Shown one piece after another: positions 12,284 through 24,533 of a stretch of 64,000 nt of DNA. The DNA is from Magallana gigas. Lineage: Eukaryota. The stretch covers positions 41,788,001 to 41,852,000 of the forward strand of contig NC_088855.1 of assembly GCF_963853765.1 (NCBI RefSeq), read 5' to 3'. The notes beneath the pieces are model-generated. The model was not told the DNA's origin. It saw only the letters and a program-made list of their open reading frames with translations, and searched no databases. The first letter of the stretch is position 1, and each line of letters begins with the position of its first letter. A program made the translations under genes and the position numbers.

Positions 12284-15200
12284 TTATAAACCTCTACCAG
12301 CAGATGCGTCCTTCAAAACAACTGTTGCGTACATTTTATTCATCTGCTCAATGAATATGAAAGTCAGAACTGTGTGAGGTCCCAGTCTGAAATAGTAAGG
12401 CAAGAATCCCTTCCATAAACTGAAAAAACCTTCCTTCCTCACAGTTCGCAGAAAAACATCCTGTAAATGAAGGGGGAAACCACAGAATTAGACATCTATT
12501 AAAATAAATCGTTGTTTTTTCAATATTGATCTTGAAAAGTTTTACAGGTAGAACCATTTTAACAAGAGCTTGGACTTTGGGTAGTTGTGTCAAACAGCAG
12601 TGTCTATTTCATTGCTGGCCACTCAGCCATGGCTCTTTGAAATCAACAAGATCTGTCTGGCTTTTGAGCTAAGACTACCCAATCGGTGTATATTTCGCTT
12701 GAAACCAGCGTAATTTTTAACTTGTTTAGAAGCAAGAAATAGATAGTTACGTCCTACTGAAAGTCCAAGGTCTTGTTAAAATGGTTCTAACATAGTTCAC
12801 AAGGTAAAAAAGGAAAATTTTGATAATTCTTATGTCCCAAAAACTTTACCGTTGCTCCTTTGTACTCTGGTTTTCCATCAATGGTTTTCATGTTCTGAAT
12901 CCTTTTCAAACAAAGAAGAAGAAAAAATTACATACAAAAAACATTTTTATCCATAAAATTTTTACAACAGATCCTAATTTAATGTTCTTTAATGACCACA
13001 TTTTTACTTACCTAGTTTTGACAATATCTACTGGCATTGAAAACACAGTTGTTACAAAGCCGCTGATCATGCTGCTTACAAAGTGCAGTAGTAAACCGTC
13101 CTTTATAACATTCTCTGAAATATTGAAAGTAAGAACTTTAAAGACAGAGTCAAAGAAATAAAAATCTTAATCTAAATTACCAACACCCACTAATTACTGT
13201 TGAATCTGAATTAACATGATTTTAATTAGGTTTTCCACTTACTGTCTAGGAAGAACTGTTTGACTTGGGAGTAGGAGGATAACTGGGATGCATTTACCAC
13301 CATAGCTCTCCCTATTGTAGGCCCACTTCCCTAGAAAAAAACAAGTGACCAACTGTAACTTTTCTTGACTAAAGTACTGTAGTTATTTCATCGTAAACTT
13401 CCAAAAATTATTCTTTTATTACTTCTATACAATAGAAATTACATCATTATACCCTGAAAAGAGCCATGAATCCTTCCTCTGCCCACACTCTCCTCAATGC
13501 ATCCACAACATTTTTGTATCCTCTTTGCTGCTCAACTGGGAGACTAAAAATCAAATCAAATTCACTTTAAAACCTACTTGAACATATATTTAATGAACAC
13601 AAGACTCAAATTTCATTTTTCTAAATAAAGTACAGAGTACCATGCACTGTTATGCACTGGTTGTGATGCAGCAAGACTAAGATAGAAATCTTTCAGCAAA
13701 ATCAACTTTGTGGCAGTTTTTATGGCCCCAGAGCATAAGAATATTACCCAGGCATACCGGTAGTTAATGGACTATAGTAAGATACTCTTACCGTCCGTCT
13801 GCTGTCATTCTGATGAGAGCCAACTCGGCTGGAGTTCCTACGAAAGCCCCCACTCCACCAGCAAACACACCAATCAGGACCTTCCTTATAAAACTGGGCG
13901 GTTTACCATCACTAACAAAAGACAAAGAACTACGAATTCCATATCAAAATCATCAAATTCTTAAAATGATTTATGACCTTGTGAAAGCACAGATCTGTCA
14001 TAGTTGTTCATTACTTAAAGTTTTCTTTTCAAAGTAATTCTATGCTATTTAGTCAGATAAAATGTGATAGCAAATACATAGCCTTCATCTCAATAGTTGA
14101 GTGTAAAAAATCTGAAATGAGTCAAGATAAAGAAGGTTTACTTACACACTAAATTTTTCAAACAATGAAGAGTAAATTCCCATTCTTGTTGTTGTATATG
14201 TGGCCTGTCTCAAAAGTCCTGCTGAGAGTCTGAAAGAGGAATCCAAACAATTTAAAGTGCAGCCTTTATCATACAGTACCATTATATCTCATCTGCCCTG
14301 TATAAAAACTTGCATAATGTACCAGTACCAGTAATATGGTACATGTACCATATTAAAAATAGAATTTTCATAGATGATTACCTTGTAATCAATTAATAAA
14401 ATAGAAATGTTAATGAAAGCACTTTTGTCATCAATTTGCATCTTACCCAGTGTATATACCAGAAAGTCCCTCGTTCCTCAGGATTGTAATCAGAGCATGC
14501 CCACTGGATTTATACTGACGACTTTTTCCACCCTCACCTACAAATTAGATATATTTTAAAAGTTTTTTTTATGATATGTCAGATCATTATCAGTGTCTTC
14601 CAATTCTTAAATATTAAAAAATTATTTGTTCATTTCATATATTTTGCTTTCATTTTGGAAAATGTGTTATCATCTTATATACCGATAGTCTTCATATTAC
14701 ATACTGGCAAGCATCAATCACTTTGTCTCAGAAGAATCAAGATGAACTGCAATGTTAGATCGTTGAAGAAAGTGGGTTCAAATCTTCAATTTGCATACTG
14801 TTAGAGTTTAACACTTATATACACTTTTCTAAGTTCATTTGGGAAGGATGAATCAGATTCTTATCTCTAAAAAGTTATAGTTACTGGTAGATATATCTTT
14901 GAAGAGAAAGGGTGAACATGAGACCCTTGGCCAGTGAAGATGACTCTTTTTGTATACACTTTTCATTTAAAATCTGCTGGACAATAGCTTTGCAAATGCT
15001 ATACATATAGAAGTAAAGCACTATATGTAGCATGTATATTTTATGTATAAAATGTATTTAAAAGAGCATAGTCACGATTTTAGTCAAATTTTATTTTTCT
15101 ATTGTATACAATGCTTTAGGAATGCATTTCTAATGATAAACCAAAATTTGAGAGTCAATTTTAGAGTTATAAGGAAGATACATATATCACAATTCTGTTA

Positions 15201-15727
15201 TGTAAACAAGGCTCATGCCATGTTTTTGTTTACATTGGTTCAATAAATTGGTAAAAAATCTTTTTCAAACTGGTTTTTTTTTATCTGCTTATTCTTTTGA
15301 ACTTAAAAAAAAAACAGTTCCTAGCATTTGTCATATTTATATTAGGTCTTTAAAACCTGGAATTTTCTTTTCAACATTCAAAATGTAAACAAAAAGATAA
15401 CCTGAGCAAAATGTAAACAAAAAGATGACCTGAGTTTTGTTTATAGAACAAAGGAATTGCAAGTTCTGTATCTCGCTTATAACTACTGGTAGATGACTTA
15501 CACTCAGATTTTGGTTGACTATTAGAAATGCCATACTGATGGATAAAATAAATTTTGACTCAAATTGTGTGCCCCTTTAAGAACAGAAAACAGTTAACTT
15601 CCATTTTTTTTCTTCAAAATAACGATTCATTAATCTGATGTTGAATAAGCTGAAATTCTATTGGATGAAAAAAGATCTTAACTCTGAAAGTTAACTCATG
15701 CTACATACATTTTAGTCCTTAAAAATC

Positions 15728-15799
<72 letters not shown>

Positions 15800-15923
15800 G
15801 TCTCTCATTGCTACATGTACAGTAAATAAGAAATTACCACTTAGCTGCATTCTGTTCTTCACTAAATCCAAAGGCTGAACAAAAATTGTAGCCCCCATTC
15901 TAAAAATTCAATCATCTAAAAAG

Positions 15924-15957
<34 letters not shown>

Positions 15958-17948
15958 TATCATCATCAATCTATGGCATGCCAAATACACAAAAATGAGC
16001 CAAACATAGTTTCACAGTTGATAAACTAGGTTTATAGACTGTTTACTATAGTTTACGAACTGTAAATTATAGTTAATGATTCTTTTGAAACACTCCCGCT
16101 ATCTTATACAGTTAAAGGAAACTGCTAAAAGCAAAAACTCAACATGGATTTTGTATTGCGCGTAACATGAAAATACCCAGATGATAAAGTTAAAAACTGT
16201 GCAACTGCCAAGGCATTCTAAAAGAAAAATGGAATTGTTTTTTTTTCTGTCAATTTTTCTGGACAAAAGAAAATGACATGTCAATGAAAATATTTAGGAA
16301 TTTTTGTAAATTTAAACAACTTTTCATTAAAAATCATCTAACAGTGACAAACCAGCTACTTGGGACAAAGTAACAGTAAAATTTTAATCAAGTACAGTAG
16401 CTTTTTACCATTTTCAAATTGTTCCTGATACAGAGGTTGTAGAGAAGATAATATCCCTATTATCCTCTCTTTATATCCCCCTACCCCACATCAATAAAAT
16501 AAAAAGCCCTTTGGATTTAAGCTGCTAGCACAAACAATCATTGTAAGGACTACAATTTTCTAAAGACAAGCAGATGAGAAAACCCGAATGTATGTTTATT
16601 TGCCCTAAAATGTGTTCGCCCTTGATGCCATTTGCCTTAGTTTCCATTCGCCCTAGGTCCATCTGGCCTTGATTTCCATTCACCCAAGGTCAGTTTGCCT
16701 TATTTTAATACAGGATTAATGTAGTTGTATATTTTTTGTATTTTGATCATTTTAAACTATATACAGTCAAACTTCGTTAACTCGAACTAGATAGGAATGT
16801 TTAAAAACTTCGAGATATCCGAGTATTCAAGATACCAAGGGTCAAAATAAGTGGTTGGGACTAACAAATCACTTCGACATATCCATTGTATTCGAGATAT
16901 CAGTGTTTGAGATATCGAAATTCAACTGTAATTAAACAAAACAGCACCTTTACATAATAATAACCAATTGACTGACCTGAAAACGATATGACATCAGATC
17001 TATATATCTATCTCATATAGAGATCAAAGGATTGTGCTGTGCTCGGGTATATAAATTCTTCAATAATAGAATAGGTGCTCAATAAGTGCTCATCCGCTGC
17101 TCACCTTCTAAATGGGCCCATTAATGTCTCAGTTTTTTTAATTGTTTAGAAACATCAAGTGAAACATTAAAAAAACAACAAGACAGTTATCTATAGTTTA
17201 CAGCATTAACATCTAATAATTAGCCCAATATGTCTTTTTGAAGTTATAAAATCATAAAAATCATACAATGTAAGAAAAAGTTATTAAATGTCAAACAAGT
17301 TACCATAATAGTAAAATATAATTTATCATTTAAAAGGTTAAAAGTAAATTAAATTAATTTTTATCTTAAAATGATGTGGTTTATGAACAAGGTTTAGGGG
17401 GAGCGTCCAACAAAGTTTACGAACGATTATTAGAGCAAATTAACGGACTCTGGGCAAACAGACTCAGGCGAACAGGAATATAGGGCTGAAGAACTGATAG
17501 CAGAAAACCCTAGCGAAAAAAAATTTGAATATGTCAGACATACTATTCTTTAAACGCTTGGCCTAATTAACTGACCCCCCCCCCCCCCCCCCCCCCCCCG
17601 GTCTCATCTCCCACCACTTAGAATTAGGATCCGCCAACGGTAACTTTGATAACTAGGACAAAATTCAAATGTCATTGACATAGGGCTCTAAAGTATCCAT
17701 ACTATTGGTCCGGATATCATCTGACAAAATATATTTATTTGATTTACTGCTTCGAAACAGCTACATAGACTACGGCCGGTGCAGGTGCCCGTGTCCTTGG
17801 ATCACTCAATTTACACGTGCATCATATAAACTCGTTTTTTATGAATGGAAGTTTTTATAAATACTAACCCAGCCAGTCCACCAATGGTAAACTTCATGTA
17901 TTTGGGTATGCCCGCTGCGGGCGCCTTCTTGTTCCCTTTTTCTGACAT
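12284..17948 (-). CDS. SLC25A11: Mitochondrial 2-oxoglutarate/malate carrier, 10 exons, 315 aa
   Basis: Exons 17948-17869, 15899-15838, 14537-14447, 14229-14146, 13911-13792, 13543-13453, 13330-13243, 13114-13012, 12901-12850, 12460-12284 (948 nt, all GT-AG, in phase). Carrier signatures QPLDLVKNRMQ, TPAELALIRMTADGR and MPVDIVKTRIQ, plus GLSAGLLRQATYTT and YFRLGPHTVLTF. Confidence 0.95.
12549..12789. mobile_element. MITE with 30-bp near-perfect TIRs in the last SLC25A11 intron
   Basis: TAGAACCATTTTAACAAGAGCTTGGACTTT (12549-12578) vs AAAGTCCAAGGTCTTGTTAAAATGGTTCTA (12760-12789), 29/30 complementary. The terminal TA may be the TSD. Confidence 0.75.
15058..15580. mobile_element. TTAA-flanked foldback MITE (Kolobok-like)
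   Basis: TTAA at both ends. The left ~200 bp is an imperfect reverse complement of the right ~200 bp (e.g. GCATTTCTAATGATAAACCAAAATTTGAG vs CTCAGATTTTGGTTGACTATTAGAAATGC). Confidence 0.65.
15731..15795. repeat. (CT)n microsatellite, ~32 units
   Basis: Read directly; lies in SLC25A11 intron 2. Confidence 0.95.
15924..15968. repeat. (CAT)n microsatellite
   Basis: Read directly; just upstream of the SLC25A11 exon 2 acceptor. Confidence 0.9.
16764..16928. mobile_element. Tc1/mariner(Tigger)-type MITE, 165 bp
   Basis: TA|CAGTCAAACTTCG ... CGAAATTCAACTG|TA, with internal TCGAG/TCGAGATATC repeats. Confidence 0.7.
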
Positions 17949-18219
17949 CGTTGAATTTGATGTTACAAAAGCGGGTGCAGAAAAAATATGAATGTGCTGT
18001 GTAAAAATAAAACAGAACGGGTAACAATCCGGAAAAGAGCAAACTAGTGATTTCATGCATGTATTGGCATGTGTGTATACTGGTATATGCACATTAATGA
18101 AGTATTTATGCATGCCATTTATTAAAAAAATTACAAATAACTATTCTTGTTAAGTAGACTTGATGAGGCCCGTGGTCAACTTTGGTAACATGGAGAAAAA
18201 CACAAGTTCAGTCCAGTAC

Positions 18220-18335
18220 GTAGTCTCGTTCAACCAGACGCTCGACTGTCTCCGTAAATCTCCGATGAGCAGAGAGACTACTCTGCTCATCGGAGATTTA
18301 CGGAGACAGTCGAGCGTCTGGTTGACCGAGACTAC
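18220..18335. mobile_element. 116-bp near-perfect palindromic element ~270 bp upstream of the SLC25A11 ATG
   Basis: 55-bp arms (18220-18274, 18281-18335) with one mismatch and a 6-nt loop AGACTA; termini GTAGTCTCG...CGAGACTAC. Confidence 0.85.
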
Positions 18336-20479
18336 AGTCCAGCTGTTTCATCACACGTTACTTTCTTTAGAAAACTTATGATATGGTAACTATAGTGCCG
18401 ATAGTTACATGTACATTATATTTGACATACAATATTCTTGACATTTAGACGGCTATATCTGTGTCTATTGGGTTAAGAGTAACCATGCATGCAGTAGTAA
18501 CTCATTTCTACAGTTTCTCCTCAGTCAACTCCGGCAGTTCATATTATGGTAATTTTGTTACTTGGAAGGCTTTATAGAAAGGATTGGAAAAGAGGTGGGT
18601 CATTAGAAAGGGAAGGTCAACGCATGAGAATTGATGAAACGGTTTTCGACTGGTAGACTAACAGTTGTTAATGACCCAACCGAAGCCAGTTGTCCGTGTG
18701 TGAACAAAACGCATGTAATTGCATTGTTATCGTACTTTATTTATGTTACAGCATTTTTGCTCCCTGCATATAATCTGTATATATTTTGATATATTAATAT
18801 ATTATTTTACCTTTATATATCAAATATTATTTTAATAATATATTGTCTCATTCATTTAGAATGATTATTTTTGTAGATAATTTATTCTGTATATATGTTT
18901 TGTTTTGTTTTATTTAAATGGGGGAAAAGTATATTTTGGCTTATTTTAATCTTAGGTTTTATTTCGAAGGTAAATAATTATTTATTTTATGTTATTTTCC
19001 TTAGTCAATTTCAGGAATTGTTTTTACTCCAAATACAACCTTTTGACAATTGCGATTCCATTTGATAAATTTTACATTTTGGATTATTCATATCTTTGGT
19101 TTTATTTTGAAATTCAAGATAGGCCGTTCTTCTCCTGGTACCTTAGCAAGCGAGTTGAGTGCAAAATTCGATATTACACTTAATCCGGTGGTGTCCGTTC
19201 GGTTTTTGAGCATGCTCAAAACTTTCTGTCGGATAAACCGGAATCTCGTACATTGAACATACATGTATTTTTAAAATAAGGAAAAGCTTGCAAACGGAGA
19301 CGATTTTGATTTCCGTTTGCATTATCTAAAACATCTTAAACATTAAAGTCATTAACATTTTCCTCCCGAAAACATGTATAATGCATTAGGATTGATCAAA
19401 ATTTGCAGTCATTGGAAAACCAATTACATGTATTGGTTTTCAAATGGACGATCTCTAATTGCATGAGAACATCTGTAATTACAATCAATGAAAACATGCA
19501 GGTTTAATAAATTACATACACCTGTAGAATCTGATTCAAATTTCCTCTCAATACGAGATAGCGTGTACTGGAAAATCAAATTCTCACAGGAAAACAAATT
19601 CGAACCTTGTTATGAAATGTGGATCATACAGAGAGGAATCGTTTTATCGTCAACCGGTTAAGTAAGGTCACAGTCCAGTTAAATGCTTACTCCTGGGTAT
19701 TGTATTGGGAACTAGCAAGTCATCGTCGGAGCCCACATAATTTGTAGCGGTGTACCGATAAAAATCCCGTGAGTTCCAACGGTGAAAACATAAAGTTTCG
19801 GTTGAAATAAACGTGCATATTGTTTTAAAAAGGAATTGTGTTCAGACCATTTTTTGGAAAATTTCAACTATGATTTTAATTATAGAGATTATTTTTACTT
19901 GAAAAATGTATAAAAGAGAAAGAGAGAAAGAGAGGATGAAAGACTATTTTTCATCGTCGAATACCACAACTTATATATCATATTATACAATTTGGACCCT
20001 TTGTGGGCCTAGTTCTTTATAGATTCACTAAAAGATTGCTAAAAGATATATTTAAAAGGCACATACGGATCATACAACATCAGACGCAAAGAAGTCCTTG
20101 TTACATTATGTAGGCGTTTACATATATCTTTAGAAAAAATCGGTTACGTATCATTTTCTAAATACTACTCCATTAGGAAAACATTCGCACGCCTAAGTGG
20201 AAATATGCAAAAAATAATCTTCATTGTTCAAACCAATCAAGAAAATTGTCCATACGTTGGTTTTTTTATGTAAAATTTTTAAAACAACATTGACATAACA
20301 ATACAATCCATACAATGTATTAATATCCTGATGGAAGTATTAATAAAATGCTGTGTTATGATTAAAAATCATTTTGGCTAATAAAGCGGTTTTTTGATTA
20401 AATATTGAGTTCAGTCTCTCATTCATTCACTGTATACATCTCGCAGCATTCTTCTCTAAAATATATTAATCACAATTTT

Positions 20480-20945
20480 TCACTTTAAATGTAGAAACTC
20501 CAGCAGTCGGCCATCTTCGTTGGCGTCGTCAAAAGCTTGGAAATCCTGTGGAAATAAAACAGTTGCTATATTAGTTACAATAGCAAGCCGAGAAACAATG
20601 ATCATTGTAAACCATCCTATTTTCTCGGTAATGTGGTACATGCACATAAGAAATGTTTTGAATTATCATATAAGTAAATGTTGCTATCAAATTACATACG
20701 CACTTCTGTTTCATAGTAACAACCTCTTATTGTTCTCAAGGACTGAAGATTTTCAAATTGAATAGACATACATGTACAGCTGTTTACCCATTAAGTATTA
20801 AGTTACACAAAAGCATCTTAAAACTAAGTTGTAAACTTTGGCTCAGATGCTAAATGATGATCCCAAAACGTAAGCTAAACACTAGACATAATCCAGATTA
20901 ATTAAATAAGATCTAAAACGAACAAACTGAATCTGAGCTGAGCTG

Positions 20946-20990
<45 letters not shown>

Positions 20991-21820
20991 TTAATGAAAT
21001 GAAGAAATGAAGGAGAGATTATGCAGTGTCATACTTCGTCATTTCTTAACTCTCAGAACCCGGGTTCTGACTGCTATTACTCTTACCCCGCAGTACGTGT
21101 TTCCGTTGAATATCTGTGGGGGTAGGAGGTCGGGTATCCCCGCCAGGGCCCTCATCTCCTCCCTCACCTCCTGGTTCTTACTCAGGTCTATCTCTTCATA
21201 GGGGATCTTCTTACCGTCCAGGATTAGCTTGATTCGGTTCTGTTTGATGTATATCTGAAAGCACAGTCAAAACCAAAATAATTGTACAATAGCACCCTGG
21301 TACCGTATACACTGCAATTGTGTGTTGTATTTGTCGCATTAATTTACTATGTACAACATATGTAACTGCAGTGCATAAGAAATTAAACGGTTACTGTAAT
21401 CTTGTCCTAAATGTGCATATAATTGAGAAGATGCAAGTGTGCGTTTATTACCACACAAACAAACCGAAAAGAAAAAAGGGAGTGTCATTCAAGAAACAAT
21501 GATAGTCTGCAGGAAGCATCATGGATTTATTTATCGGAAAAAGTAAAAATCTCCGAACTCTCTTTACACACTGCATCTGTTAGACAGAAAAATCAACATA
21601 ACACAAACAGAACTCGGAACAAAGCACAGGATTACTAAACCAATGGCGATCGAATTAATCATCAGTAGACGGGAGGTAGAGGAGACGGAGAGATCCCCAA
21701 ACTCTATAAATGGGAGCACTCGACGGAAGGCAATAAACCAACCAGATATTAAGTATATACTATGGTAGTACTTACATCTCGGTTCGTGGATACGGTGGTC
21801 ATGTAGAACTTGATCGACAT
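20480..21820 (-). CDS. SH3BGRL: SH3BGR-family glutaredoxin-fold protein, 3 exons, 92 aa
   Basis: Exons 21820-21776, 21254-21087, 20545-20480 (all phase 0). Translation MSIKFYMTTVSTNRDIYIKQNRIKLILDGKKIPYEEIDLSKNQEVREEMRALAGIPDLLPPQIFNGNTYCGDFQAFDDANEDGRLLEFLHLK, with the family motif PPQIFNG..YCGD and no CXXC. The ORF track missed it. Confidence 0.9.
20949..20988. repeat. (GA)n microsatellite
   Basis: Read directly; in SH3BGRL intron 2. Confidence 0.95.
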
Positions 21821-23827
21821 CTTTATTTTTGTCTACTACTGATCTACTGTGCAAACAGTAGCGCTGTGTTTTGGTTAGAATAAGGCCGATAAGCAGGAAC
21901 CGGCATCCCTGCTGGATGCCCCCGTGTGACGAGCCGGCTGATGATTCAGCATCCAGATGCACGAGTGTGCACCGGGCTATATACTTAATACTTGGCGCAG
22001 AGATAGAGAGCTGCATGTCTACGCGGCTACTCAGAGAAATGAATTACGCGACTGTGACAGATGGATTAATTATTTTTATTTTAAGGAGAAAAGTTAGTTT
22101 GTTAGATCTGCACTTTTCCCTTCAGGGGGCCTCACCCCTGGGGAATCGGCGGAAAGTTATTTCACACCGGCTTTCATTCATAGTTGTTAATTGAACTTAG
22201 TTATTACGCAATTAGTCTGTTTTCAGTGTTTTTTGTTTTTCTAGATTGTTGTTGGAAATCAACATTACGGTTAATTGTGAAACTTTGGATTAAAAATAAT
22301 TACAACATTTCTTGTTGATAACTTAATATATTCAAGCGAGAAAATAAGGTAAAATCTGATTAAAATCAGATCCTTGATGTTTCCGATTAACGATATATCG
22401 GAAGCATTGATAAGCTGATACATCATTTAAAATGAATTAGGTACTAAAGGAAACAATTATATAGAATCATACGTTATATCTACATTGGTTTCAATATGTG
22501 TTGTGTACCTCAGTACTTTTCATATATGTTTGATTTAAAATCAATCCCTCCTTTGTTTTAAATAGAAAAGCATGTGTATGGATATTAAAAAATAAGATGA
22601 CAATCATCCGGTTTGGAAAAAAAAGTTTGTTCATTTTCTTCAAAATAACATGAGAGAAGAGGAAATGAAGATGTTTAATCTGTAATGAAGATACTTGACG
22701 TTAATGAATATCAGAATGATATTATTTAAAATATGGTAAAATTGGGGACAGATTTTAATCTTATCAAATGTATAGTTCTTTCCTCCATGGAAACTTAAGG
22801 TAGCTCCCTACTCGTAAAATTCTCTGAGGAAAGTTGAAACACCGAACTGATTTCGACTTAATAGACTTAAATGTCATCAATTGTTTGAAAAAATATACAT
22901 GTCATCACACTTTTTGAGATGCCAGATAAACATAAACTAAAGCATATTTTAGCATCAGAAAACCGTAATTTTTTTTTTGTAAAAAGTAAAATCTTGTAGG
23001 CAGAAATTTGTTTTTCTTGTTTAATTTTAACGTCAACATTATCAGAAAACTAAAATTACAAAAATATTTTAAAATTAATCGTTGGAATAAGAAAAACTAT
23101 AACATTTAGACATACAACTGAGAGAAAAGTCAGAAAAAGAGTTATTTCCCCTTTGCACAGATAAGATATATAAAAAATTGGAAATTTAGGATAAAATTAA
23201 GAGCGAAAATATCTTGAACCTACCAATAATTCTAATTACATCCATGTGATAATATTCACATAAAATAAATAAAACTATCTTGCACAATTTTTAAAGAATT
23301 CAAAGTTTTACAAAAAAGTGTGACATCACAGAACACTGGATCTACTTTAAATGTAGAATGCGTAAATGTCATAGTCTTCTTGTTTGAGTTTCGCATATTT
23401 TGGTTAAATAATTTAAATTCGAATTTATTCGCTAAAATTACGCGTTATACCAAAAAAAAAATAACAAAACCATAATTGCACGAAAATGAAAAGGAGCGAT
23501 ACAAAAAAGAGTTCAAAGTTTTGTTTTTTAAATAGTCTGAAGAATAAGGATTTGCGAACGGGTTCGGTAGAGTTGTCATAAAACCGAACTGAAGTAATAG
23601 ACATACCGAAACAGGAAACGACTCAACTGGAGAAAAAATAATCTTCACAGTTTCCGTGGATAGGCCATACTTGAAAAACAACCCTGACCAAGCTATCCAG
23701 ACAAGCATCAGGAATATACAACTACCCCTGACGTCTCGATAAAATCAACCGAAATAGGGGTTCAGTGTACATGTACACTGAAGAAGCGTTTTCTTACATT
23801 CCATTGAATTTGATATTTAAAAAGAAC

Positions 23828-23856
23828 GATGATGATGATGATGATGATGATGATGA
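23828..23856. repeat. (GAT)n microsatellite
   Basis: Read directly. Confidence 0.9.
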
Positions 23857-24533
23857 AAATAAATTGGTATTTATCTCTTAATTTTTCACATCCCTGAGAT
23901 TGTTCAAAATTTAATCTTCCGTATCATTCCCTGACAATAGGTAGAAGAAAAGACTTTTATTTTAGCCTTTCATATTTGTTCTCATCAGATCTCGTAATTA
24001 TCAAGGTTTTTTTTAAGGATCAAAACATGCCGAATATGTGGAAACTCCCCCGCGTGTAGATTTGAGGAAAGGCTTTGCTAAGATTAGGAACATGTAATGT
24101 TTTAATGAACATAACTCATTTGCGGTCAGTAAAGAGTTAAGGTGATTAAGGTAACATTTTATGGTAGGCCTACTCCAAAACGGTGTAAGTGCACTTGGAG
24201 AAACACGAGAACAAATGTTACCGTCGAAAACGACCAGTGTTAAATATTATTATCTGATAATTCCGGGGTAGAGCATGCTTTGAAAGGCATTAAAAACCAA
24301 TATAGCCTTAAAGAATTTAAACATAGCTTTTCACACAATACTACTTATTGATCGTCTTGGCAGACTTTTAAAAACTCTGGTATTTATTGTTCCTCTGCAG
24401 GGAGATCCAAGTAGAAATTGTCAACGATACAGATCGGGAGTTATCTGCCCAGTGTGGGAGCCGCCGAGTCCTTGACAACCCGTCTCAGTGCACCTCAAGA
24501 TGCCTCCTCGAGTGCAGTATATATAGGAGAACC

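Noticed and set aside
13620-13770. Possible intronic H/ACA snoRNA on the minus strand of SLC25A11
   Set aside because: ANANNA and ACA motifs exist, but two convincing hairpins could not be formed by eye. It would need a covariance-model search.
21564-22194. ORFs 21564-22016 (-) and 21871-22194 (+)
   Set aside because: They overlap SH3BGRL exon 1 and its GC-rich promoter in other frames and show no recognisable motif.
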